A model generated the notes under the pieces. It was given only the letters and a program-made list of their open reading frames with translations, was not told the origin of the DNA and did not search any database. A stretch of 64,000 nucleotides of DNA from Ructibacterium sp. GTDB taxonomy: Bacteria > Bacillota > Clostridia > Monoglobales > Monoglobaceae. Of this stretch, positions 40,701-48,559 are shown piece after piece. Location of the stretch: assembly GCA_045539735.1 (NCBI GenBank), contig JAZQFW010000032.1:11827-75826 (forward strand), read 5' to 3'. Numbering within the stretch: the first letter of the stretch is position 1; each line of letters starts with the position of its first letter. Position numbers and translations under genes: made by a program.

Positions 40701-41835
40701 TGACAGCGTGGATTGGACCAAGGCAACTGTTATTGATAACGCTGCATTGACAACTACAGTTGACGCTACTGCGGATACTGGTATTTACCGTCCTGTATAT
40801 AATGCAACAAACAATCCCAATAAGCCTTTCTTAACTCAATATGCACTTGAATATTGTGCAGATGTAGACTTTAGTAATGTGATTCCCACAATCTCATTTG
40901 AAGGTTCAGCGTTGACTTGGACTTCAGGTTATGCTTTAAACAACATTCAAAGTAAATTTAGTTTCCCCAAGCGGGCATTTAAACTGAAACTTGTTTTTAT
41001 CAATGGTAACTTTGATGCTCGTGATGGTTCAAGTATGCCTACGAATGTAACGGCTTATGCAGATGACGTATGTCTTGGTACAGTGACGATTAATGAGGGA
41101 AGTTCTCGTAACATGAATGATCATGAAGGATATGTTAGATTAAAGTTTGGTAAGCCTACCGGATATGCAGATGAAGCCCTTACAGTGAAGAACTTTACTG
41201 TCAACAAGTATAGTTTGATTTCTGCAGTTTCTGCAGAAATGGTAAGTGACAATGCAGTTTCTGTTACCTTAGACAGAACAATGGAAAGTAGCGGAATCTC
41301 CCTTGCTAAGGCAGATGGTACTCCAATTGCAGCAACTGCAACTGTAAGCGGCAAGACTGTAACACTGACCGCAGAGAGTGCTCTGCCTGCAGATGTTCAG
41401 GTTGTCTTTGGTACAGAGGCAGAAGAAGCAGATTATACCTTTACCGGATATATTAAAGGTACATCTACTGCAGACTTGACCCGTCTGGGTGAAGCAATCA
41501 CTGTTCCCTTTGCGGTTTCTGCTAACAACACAGCAGCGACCCTGCAGGGAACCGACCTCAAGGTTTGGGAGAGCGGTCAGAACGCTATCATCAAGGCAAC
41601 CGTCAATGAACTTGCAGGCAGCAACGCGAAACTGATTGTTGCAGCATACAATGACAACAACGGTCTACCCAAACTGGTAGAGAGCAAGGTTGAAACCCTT
41701 TCTGCAACCGAAGCAGGTCTTAAGGATTATGTCTTCAATCTCCAGTTTGACAACAGTTATGATTACTTTAAAGTGTTCCTGTGGGATGCTACCAGCGGAA
41801 TCAACGCATTGTTCGATTCTCAGAACACCAAATAA
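37717..41835 (+). CDS. Large secreted modular protein A (four variable beta-rich domains separated by three conserved spacer domains, then an Ig-like domain and a KVFxW domain)
   Basis: 1372 aa; signal peptide; spacer consensus EK...A.I.DLS...Y......V...LP.GY..A...AG.Y...L.L...G; no catalytic motif recognised. Confidence 0.8.
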   Translation: MLKRTLSFVLVLTMLATCLFILPVSATEDSAFTYTKDAGYWYDRVVMDNETFLNRSYTPSGVTYAYDSDAKTASMSVSTSDNYKKFLDLTNLELNNESSGEVEVYMTIQPTKVSDDNWFPTKSTSSYWCLYLDSYIDGTRVPGGANQWKGLTTGYSSNGVYVTFPNSSSTKTEWTESTEIPVKFVITKNNGALTMKHYVNMGNGWIDGGTETTSTAASGSLTGLGFRFGSNSKDGQIKYILSDAQIIEKTPKTVRLSDVSGESYNLSDKKDVKLDFVLPQGVTEASLKLGEEEVADLTGQTAGAYTGTLDLAQIGKTGTFPVVLSGTANGAAFSTSTTLKINRPAFGSLDKSILSDPVAGGDYAERIAMTNDEFLAADKFSTGNTKVSYSKSGDTNIVGTVTQTGDTSTVAFAGAPDLIRMDQAGTQIVEIQGTVALTNYDYTKVKTVELQWIPKLNASTNMTTKDWKSLRNNADGGLYSGSSPVKKPYAGEDVQMKWRYTFTDSTTAGAKDVTMQHYFRLSDLDEWTEAADASTSKTGVTNATIGDIQLRLRLSGSPTENATWVLKNFSVKELASSEAAITDLSDQSYVGNELVPVSICLPANYKEAVLTAGDTDIATFKGVASGGYTANLSIAGLGKTGRIPLTLSGTTTDGKTFSASTNFYVAAPAAGSLDEELFTETQASPYYAEKVIMNSDEFLAGNAHVDTTSSIWDAPAASGGAASLTTKGYAYVKLNTVVNGTVDADVNVYELTTKVKMTNASTATGSPCFGFYPIIGETVVAPGSTYFSLAFKKQSSGSFMVYPYWSGTGVAYDPVNNPNDYIEYKVVVTVDSANKTANVVPYARLNDGEWVQGTGLTKSELTDTALTGWNLVQNHQSGATEGAYSLYDASVIEKAATTAEIRDLSAGFYTQYDTVPVDFNLPTGYKDAMITVDGTPVAVFDAATGDNAGSWQSKLNLEKLGKVGAVTIGLQGNMNGGGTFSKSTTLTVKAATAGADSVDWTKATVIDNAALTTTVDATADTGIYRPVYNATNNPNKPFLTQYALEYCADVDFSNVIPTISFEGSALTWTSGYALNNIQSKFSFPKRAFKLKLVFINGNFDARDGSSMPTNVTAYADDVCLGTVTINEGSSRNMNDHEGYVRLKFGKPTGYADEALTVKNFTVNKYSLISAVSAEMVSDNAVSVTLDRTMESSGISLAKADGTPIAATATVSGKTVTLTAESALPADVQVVFGTEAEEADYTFTGYIKGTSTADLTRLGEAITVPFAVSANNTAATLQGTDLKVWESGQNAIIKATVNELAGSNAKLIVAAYNDNNGLPKLVESKVETLSATEAGLKDYVFNLQFDNSYDYFKVFLWDATSGINALFDSQNTK

Positions 41836-41861
41836 TTCAATGAATTAACGATTACATGGGA

Positions 41862-41983
41862 CTGCGCACAGGGGACGGTTCCTTGTGCTAAGCGCACAAC
41901 GAAGCCGTCCCCGGATGCTCCGTCCCCACGGTGCGTCGTAAACGCCGCACCTTAGAAAAAAAGTGCTGCGTTTACAACGCACC
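41862..41983. repeat. REP-like palindromic element, copy 2, plus a second long hairpin
   Basis: GGGGACGGTT..TTGTGC/GCACAA..CCGTCCCC (41871-41912) and GGTGCGTCGTAAACGCCGCAC/GTGCTGCGTTTACAACGCACC (41930-41983). Confidence 0.75.
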
Positions 41984-42021
41984 AAAAAGGGATATGCAAA
42001 ATGAAAGGAGAAAGATTGATT

Positions 42022-45000
42022 ATGGTAAAAAGAACATTATCTTTGGTACTTGCACTGACCGTTTTGGCATCTTGCCTGATGGGTCTGCCGGTAATGGCTT
42101 CCGCAACTGAGGCAATTACTGACATTACTGCCGGCGGTGCATTTGCAGAAAATATTGCAATGACAAATGATGAATTTTTGTCTGCACCGAACTTTGTAGA
42201 AAGTAGTACAATTAGTTATTCCAAAAGCGGTGATACCAACATTGTTGGTACCATTACCCAAAAAGGCGACTCAGGCTGGGTGAATTTTGCAGATGCACCC
42301 GAACTGAAGAACGCGGGCAAACCCGGAACTCATGTTGCGGTCATCCAGGGTACGGTTGCTCTTACCAATAACGACTGGAGCAAATTAAAAACTGTTGAAA
42401 TGCAGGTGCTTCCCTATCTGGACAGCAACAACACCGTTGCACAGACTAGCAGCGACTGGAGTTCTTTGCGTAACAACAGCGAGGCAAACGGTTTATATAT
42501 GGGTCCCGGTGCGGATTATAAGATTCTTGAGCCTTATACCAATGAAGAAGTTGATGTCAAATATGTATATACTTTCACTGACGGCGAAACCGCAGGCACC
42601 AAGGATGTATCCGTGACGCCTTCGTTCCGTCTTTCCGGTCAGACTGAATGGACAGAGGTAACAACTGCTACAAAGACGCAGACAGGTATTGCAAATGCAA
42701 CCATCGGTAAGATTCGTTTGCGTTTCAGACTTTCTGGTACCCCGACTGAATATGCAATTTGGCAACTGAAGAACTTCTCGGTAGTAGAACCTACACCCGC
42801 AGACGTTGCCATTGCTGACTTGGGTGGCAAAACCTACGAGGCAAATGCGCTTGTTCCGCTTAACTATGTTTTGCCCGTAGGCTATAAGAGTGCAAAAATC
42901 TCTGTCGGTGGTGTGGATGTAAAAACTCTGACCGAAACTGCAGGCGCATACAAAGCAAACCTGAATCTGGCAGCGGTATCTGCTTCCGGTAATGTAGAAA
43001 TTACCTTAAGCGGTGTTGGCGCGGACGATGTTGCATTCAGCAAAACCACCAAGATTTATGTTCCGTCTGCAAACTCCGGTTCTTTAAACACTGCACTTTT
43101 GACCCAGCCGGCACCCGGCGGCGTTTATCAAGATATTGTTCTGGCAGATAACTTAGACATTCTGGGTGCAAACGCTGATAACGCGGTTGCAAACGGAACT
43201 ACCAGAACTTATACCGCTGCAACCGAGGCAACTCCTGTTGCAACGATGACCTTTACCAACGATACTACCAATCTGGGCAACGCAACCATGTCCAGTCAGA
43301 TTGAGGGCACTAACGATAAAAGAGCGGTTGGTTCCACCCTTGAACTGGCGTATGATGTGACCGTAATTGGCGGCAATCCTACATCTACCCCAAATCAGTA
43401 TTTTGGATTCTCTCTGGGAACCTATTTCGGAAGCAGCAACGGTGACACCCATGCCACCACCAGCGGTTGGTTGCTTATGACTACCAGAACTGGCGGTATC
43501 TATGTAAATGGTTCTAAAATTCTTGACCATGACAAAGAGAGTGCAACCGGTACTACTGTTTCTATCAAGAATGTATATGAAATCCTGAGTGAAACTTCGG
43601 TAAAATGTACCATGTACTACAAAAAGGCAGACGGTACTTGGGGTGTGGGCGCAACCCAGACCAAAACGGTTACCGATACCCGTTTGCGTACCATCAAAGC
43701 ATGGCAATGGATGAACAAGACAGGCGATGCTACTGCCGCTTGTACCATTACTTACAAACTTTCCAATGCTTCTTTGAAAGAACTTGGCAAAAAGACTGCA
43801 GCAATCAGCGATTTGAGTGCAAGCAGTTATCTCCCCACAGACAGTGCAAAGGTTGACTTTGTCCTGCCGGAGGGTTACCTCAATGCAGAACTCACCATCG
43901 GTACCACCAAGGCGGCATCCTTTGAGGGTGCAATTACCGAAGCTGGTGCATATACTGCAACCATTAACATGGCAGAAATAAAGCAGGATGGTACTATTCC
44001 GGTTGTCCTCAGCGGTACTTTGGCAGACGGTTCTGCATTCAAGGCAGAAACCACCGTTTATATCCAAAAAGCGGGTGCAGGAAGTCTGGATGAGGAAATC
44101 TTTGCGAATCCTGTTGCCGGCGGTTACTATGATGATAGAGTTGCCATGAACAGCGACGCATTCCTGGCAGCAAGTAAGTTTGCGGATGCCAGCAATGCCA
44201 ACCTGACCTATACAAGACCGACCACAGAGGGCGGAGTTGCTACCTTGAACGCAAAAGGCAATTCCGGATCCTATTCCGGTGTAACATTTGCCGGCGCACC
44301 ATTGCTCAATCAATCCTCTGCTGATGGTAAGCAGGTGGTAGAGTTGACCATGGATGTGAAAGCGGATGATTTGACCTGTTTCACAGGTAAAGACGGTGCC
44401 TATGTACTTCAGTTCTTCCCTTATATCAATGGTACTGCCAAGAGATTTGCTTACCCCTATGATGCGTTGGTATTCCGCTGCAACGGTGCTGGCGGAGATG
44501 GCAACTTAACCTATACTTGGGGTATCGGTTGGGCGAATAGAACGGCAAATGTGTATACCGCAGGCACGGTTATTGAATATAAACTGGTCAGTGAGATTGA
44601 AAACGGAACTTTGACCGCAACCCAGTATGCACGCGTAAAGGGTACGGAAGAATGGCAGGTAGGTCCTACAAAGAGTTTTACTGAATTGACCGATGCAGTG
44701 CTCGACGGATTCGGTATGGCAGTAAATACGCAGTCCACATCTGCCCTTGACCTGACCAAGGGTATCACATGGACCCTGTCTAACGCAAAGGTAGTGGAAA
44801 AAGAAGCAACCTATGCGAAGTTGGAAGATGTGTCTAATGTTTTGTATACCCAGTATGACAATGCTAAACTTCCGGTAAGTTTCTGTCTGCCTGAGGGTTA
44901 TAAAGAAGCATACCTGATGATTGACGGCAAAGATGTTGCGGAATTCACCAATGTCAGCCATCCCGCAGGTGCATACAAGAGCGAAATCGACCTGTCTAAA

Positions 45001-46263
45001 CTGGACTTTGCATTTACACACAGTGTTGTGCTTGAAGGTAAGATGGGCGACGGAACGCCTTTCACCAAAGCAGCCAAGACGGTGGCAATTGCGGCAACCG
45101 AGGGCGCAGAGGAAGCGGATGCTATCATTGAAACCCCGACCACCGATGAAATCGCAAATGTAACCGGTACCGCTGATGCATTTGTGCTTACCGGAACTGC
45201 TTATGTGAAGAAGAATATGGGAGGCGGCTGGAGCAATCATGATGCGAACAGCAACCCCAACGGCCCGTTCTTGACTCAGTATATTACTGAACTGACTGCA
45301 GATGTTGACTTTACCAACGCAGTACCTACGCTGTCTTTGATTGCAGGACGTACTGCTGAGAGTCAGAACTACAGTGACGGTCTTTCTGTTCCGATCAACG
45401 TGGAACTGCCTAAGAAAGCATTTAAACTGATGGTTCGCACCTTCACCATCCATCCGGAAACCGGCTACGGCGATACTACCTATGCATATGTATATGCAGA
45501 CGGTCAGTATATCGGATCTACTGTTTATACTCAGACCAATGCATGGAGCATGGGCGACCACTTCGGTTATATGACTCTGGCGTTTGGTAAGCCTGTAGGC
45601 TATGCAGACCAGACCATTGGCATCAAGAACCTGACTTGGAACAAATATAGTGCAGGTATGGCAAAAGCAGAACTGGGTGCAACCCCGAAAACCGTAATCG
45701 TAGCCTTTGATAAGGATATGAGTGACGAATCTGCACAGTTTATTACTTTGGTTGATAAAGCAGGTGAACCTGTTGCAGCAGAGGTAGTAGTCAGCGGCGC
45801 AACCGCAACAATCACTGCAACCAGTGACATCCCCGCATATGCATCCGTAGTAATCGGTGCAGGCGTGAAAGAAGCAGATTACGAGTTTGGTGCATATTCT
45901 GATGGTATTGTTACTAAGACTCGTCTTGGTGAAGCACTGAGCAAGGGATACACCATTAAACTCAACAACAAACCTACCAAGACCGAAGTTTACGGCGTAA
46001 CCACAGAAAAAGATGGTAACAACATTGTAGCCGAGGTTGAACTCTATACTCTGGCGGCTGAAACCGTTGGTAAACTTGTGGTTGCAGGTTATGATGAAAA
46101 CGGCGTAATGCAAGGAATCGATATCCTCAATGTTGCAACCGAAAAAGAGGGAGAAGCAACCTTGACCTTGACCGCTGAATTTGACGGTGCATTTGCATCC
46201 TACAAAGTATTCCTGTGGAAAGATGTAGACGGAGCAATGGTTCCGATTCTCTCTGTAAAATAA
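42022..46263 (+). CDS. Large secreted modular protein B, paralogue of A
   Basis: Start at MVKRTLSL after AAAGGAG; same spacer/variable layout as A; ends LVVAGY...YKVFLWKDVDGAMVPIL. Confidence 0.8.
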   Translation: MVKRTLSLVLALTVLASCLMGLPVMASATEAITDITAGGAFAENIAMTNDEFLSAPNFVESSTISYSKSGDTNIVGTITQKGDSGWVNFADAPELKNAGKPGTHVAVIQGTVALTNNDWSKLKTVEMQVLPYLDSNNTVAQTSSDWSSLRNNSEANGLYMGPGADYKILEPYTNEEVDVKYVYTFTDGETAGTKDVSVTPSFRLSGQTEWTEVTTATKTQTGIANATIGKIRLRFRLSGTPTEYAIWQLKNFSVVEPTPADVAIADLGGKTYEANALVPLNYVLPVGYKSAKISVGGVDVKTLTETAGAYKANLNLAAVSASGNVEITLSGVGADDVAFSKTTKIYVPSANSGSLNTALLTQPAPGGVYQDIVLADNLDILGANADNAVANGTTRTYTAATEATPVATMTFTNDTTNLGNATMSSQIEGTNDKRAVGSTLELAYDVTVIGGNPTSTPNQYFGFSLGTYFGSSNGDTHATTSGWLLMTTRTGGIYVNGSKILDHDKESATGTTVSIKNVYEILSETSVKCTMYYKKADGTWGVGATQTKTVTDTRLRTIKAWQWMNKTGDATAACTITYKLSNASLKELGKKTAAISDLSASSYLPTDSAKVDFVLPEGYLNAELTIGTTKAASFEGAITEAGAYTATINMAEIKQDGTIPVVLSGTLADGSAFKAETTVYIQKAGAGSLDEEIFANPVAGGYYDDRVAMNSDAFLAASKFADASNANLTYTRPTTEGGVATLNAKGNSGSYSGVTFAGAPLLNQSSADGKQVVELTMDVKADDLTCFTGKDGAYVLQFFPYINGTAKRFAYPYDALVFRCNGAGGDGNLTYTWGIGWANRTANVYTAGTVIEYKLVSEIENGTLTATQYARVKGTEEWQVGPTKSFTELTDAVLDGFGMAVNTQSTSALDLTKGITWTLSNAKVVEKEATYAKLEDVSNVLYTQYDNAKLPVSFCLPEGYKEAYLMIDGKDVAEFTNVSHPAGAYKSEIDLSKLDFAFTHSVVLEGKMGDGTPFTKAAKTVAIAATEGAEEADAIIETPTTDEIANVTGTADAFVLTGTAYVKKNMGGGWSNHDANSNPNGPFLTQYITELTADVDFTNAVPTLSLIAGRTAESQNYSDGLSVPINVELPKKAFKLMVRTFTIHPETGYGDTTYAYVYADGQYIGSTVYTQTNAWSMGDHFGYMTLAFGKPVGYADQTIGIKNLTWNKYSAGMAKAELGATPKTVIVAFDKDMSDESAQFITLVDKAGEPVAAEVVVSGATATITATSDIPAYASVVIGAGVKEADYEFGAYSDGIVTKTRLGEALSKGYTIKLNNKPTKTEVYGVTTEKDGNNIVAEVELYTLAAETVGKLVVAGYDENGVMQGIDILNVATEKEGEATLTLTAEFDGAFASYKVFLWKDVDGAMVPILSVK

Positions 46264-46275
46264 TGACACAATGAA

Positions 46276-46312
46276 CTACAAGGGACACCCCCTTAAGGGT
46301 TGCCCCTTGTAG
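46276..46312. other. Intergenic stem-loop
   Basis: CTACAAGGG...CCCTTGTAG with inner pairing. Confidence 0.7.
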
Positions 46313-46351
46313 GTTTGACAAAACATAATTCCTATCAAAGGAGGAAACACA

Positions 46352-48544
46352 ATGCAGAAGAAGTTAATTTCTATCATTCTCGCCCTGTCTGTGCTGGCGT
46401 CCTGCTTGATGGCAGTTCCGGCATTCGCTGCCGGCGATGCTTTGACTGGCATCACCCCCGGCGGACAGTGGGGGGAGAGAGAAGTCATGAAAGGTGCTGA
46501 CTTTTTGAACAGTTCCTTCATGCCTGACATGAAAGAGGAAAATGTAGTAAAATACGATAAATCAGCCACAACTGCGTATCAGACAGGTTATTCTAATACT
46601 AAGTTGGCTGAATTTTCCGACCTGCGTTTGAACAAAGAAGATAATGGCGTATTGGAAATCAACATGGATGTTACCATGCCGAACACGGTTGCGGAAATCT
46701 TCCCGGAAGGTTCGTCAGACGGTTCTGCATATTCCATGCGTTTTACTCTGATTGTAGGTGGAGAAATCAAGGGATTATCATCTACTTACAGCGGTTTGAA
46801 TGTAAAGTATTCAACCTCTACCGGGACTGCGAAGTATGGGTTCCCTTGGAACCTGAATGCGACAGAATATGTACCGGGTACCATAGTCCCTGTAAAATAT
46901 GTGATTGAGAAGAAAGACGGAAAAATCAGCGCAGCCAACTGGGTTAAGATTGGTGATACCTGGATTGAGGGTACCAGCCCCTGTGCAGTAAGCAATCTTG
47001 AAGGTATCATAAACGGCGTTGGTATTGTATACGGTCACAACGGTACCCGCGGAGCCGGCTCTGTGATGGAGTGGGGATACTCCAATGTAAGCGTAGTAGA
47101 AAAGGCGGTTACAACTGCACAACTCTCTGATTTGAGCAAAAAATTCTATCCGCTGGGCAATGAAATCGTTCCGGTTGAGTTTGTTCTCCCTGAAGGTTAT
47201 GAAACTGCGGCAATGGAAGTAGCAGGCACGACAGTTGCTACCTTTGATTCCGCATCCTATCCGGCAGGTGCGTATACTGCAAATTTAAACCTTGCTGCAA
47301 TCAGCGGCACCGGTGCATTGGAACTGACATTTGGCGGTTCCAATGCTGAGGGTACCTTTACCAAAACCACAACCTTAAACCGTGGCATTGATGAAAATTA
47401 TGTTCCTCCGATTGCAATTCCTGCCAAGGTTACCTTTGCAAACGGTGACGGCAGTGAACTGACTGCAATCACTGCAGGTCAAAGTGTGAAAGCGGTTGGC
47501 GATGCATCCATTGCAGACGGCTTGGTGGTTCTTGCCCTGTATCAGGACAAGATGCTTAAGGGTATCAAATCCGGCACCGGTTCAGCAACCCTGACCGTTC
47601 CTGCAGGCATTGATGGCACCAAAGCAAGCCTTAAGGCATTTGTTCTTAACACGATGGACGATGCCAATATGCTGGTTCGTGCCGGTCAATGGGGTAATAA
47701 TGATGCAACGCTGGCAGAACTTTTGATTTCCGGCAAAAGGTTGGAAGGCTATTCCAATGATAAGGAAAGTTATGATATCACACTGCCTGCATCTGTGGTA
47801 GGTTGGCCTGAGATTACCCCTGTGGCAAATGACTCTGCAACCTCTGCGGTGGTAACCCACACCGGTAAGTTCCCCGGCACCACTACCGTTGCCCTTAAGG
47901 CAGAGGATGGGACCAACAAGACCATCACCTTAAACTGGAGTCAGGAAGCAGCAACGTTGCTTGATTACAAGACTACCACCGGTAAGACGTTAGCCACTGT
48001 GGTATTGGAAAAACCCAAGTTTTTGACCACTCCCACCAAGGAGATTGACACCACAAGCACAGCCGGAAATCCGGAAAGAAATACAATGTATGGTCCTGAA
48101 AATATTACCAACATTACGGAAATTTGTACTGACCGTGACGGTCAATACTGGATTGCAGAACTTCCGGATGAGTTGGATGGTGCAACCATGCTCAAACTCC
48201 CCTATGATGGTTCTCACTGGAACCACGCAACCAACGTGAAGGAGAATCACAAACTGATTACCTTCAAACTCAATCGTTCTGCAACCGTTTATGTATACGC
48301 AGGTAATGGATTCAAAGATTCCACGTGGATTGCGGATAACGGCTGGCAGAAAAACACCGCGTTTACGGCTCCTGTCATTCTGGTTTCCAACTCTGACCCC
48401 AACAAGGGCTATACCCTGAACCAAGGACGTAGCTGGCCGAGTTACTACAAACACTTTGAGGTTGCTCCATGGAGTGACCCTGTGACGGTTGATATCGGTT
48501 GTATGAACTGGTCTACCAACACCGTAATTGTAAAATTTGACTGA
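46352..48544 (+). CDS. Secreted modular protein C (one variable domain, one spacer, internal KVFxW-like domain, cadherin-like beta-sandwich, C-terminal domain)
   Basis: 730 aa; spacer VVEKAVTTAQLSDLS...VPVEFVLPEGY; NDATLAELLISG...AEDGT cadherin-like segment. Confidence 0.75.
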   Translation: MQKKLISIILALSVLASCLMAVPAFAAGDALTGITPGGQWGEREVMKGADFLNSSFMPDMKEENVVKYDKSATTAYQTGYSNTKLAEFSDLRLNKEDNGVLEINMDVTMPNTVAEIFPEGSSDGSAYSMRFTLIVGGEIKGLSSTYSGLNVKYSTSTGTAKYGFPWNLNATEYVPGTIVPVKYVIEKKDGKISAANWVKIGDTWIEGTSPCAVSNLEGIINGVGIVYGHNGTRGAGSVMEWGYSNVSVVEKAVTTAQLSDLSKKFYPLGNEIVPVEFVLPEGYETAAMEVAGTTVATFDSASYPAGAYTANLNLAAISGTGALELTFGGSNAEGTFTKTTTLNRGIDENYVPPIAIPAKVTFANGDGSELTAITAGQSVKAVGDASIADGLVVLALYQDKMLKGIKSGTGSATLTVPAGIDGTKASLKAFVLNTMDDANMLVRAGQWGNNDATLAELLISGKRLEGYSNDKESYDITLPASVVGWPEITPVANDSATSAVVTHTGKFPGTTTVALKAEDGTNKTITLNWSQEAATLLDYKTTTGKTLATVVLEKPKFLTTPTKEIDTTSTAGNPERNTMYGPENITNITEICTDRDGQYWIAELPDELDGATMLKLPYDGSHWNHATNVKENHKLITFKLNRSATVYVYAGNGFKDSTWIADNGWQKNTAFTAPVILVSNSDPNKGYTLNQGRSWPSYYKHFEVAPWSDPVTVDIGCMNWSTNTVIVKFD

Positions 48545-48559
48545 TAAGGAGGAAACGCA

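Noticed and set aside
37500-42000. Possible CRISPR array or insertion sequence at the palindromic intergenic repeats
   Set aside because: Only two copies 4.3 kb apart, no regular spacers, no cas or transposase gene, and no target-site duplication identified
44506-46269. 587-aa minus-strand ORF, and similar ones at 43153-44313, 34510-35721, 3880-5022 and 24252-25319
   Set aside because: Each is antisense to a well-supported gene, has no recognisable motif, and is explained as a shadow ORF arising from sense-strand codon bias
37717-48544. Cellulosomal scaffoldin interpretation of the repeated modules
   Set aside because: The repeats do not resemble cohesins to my reading, and no enzyme carries the duplicated DxNxDGxxxxxD dockerin motif
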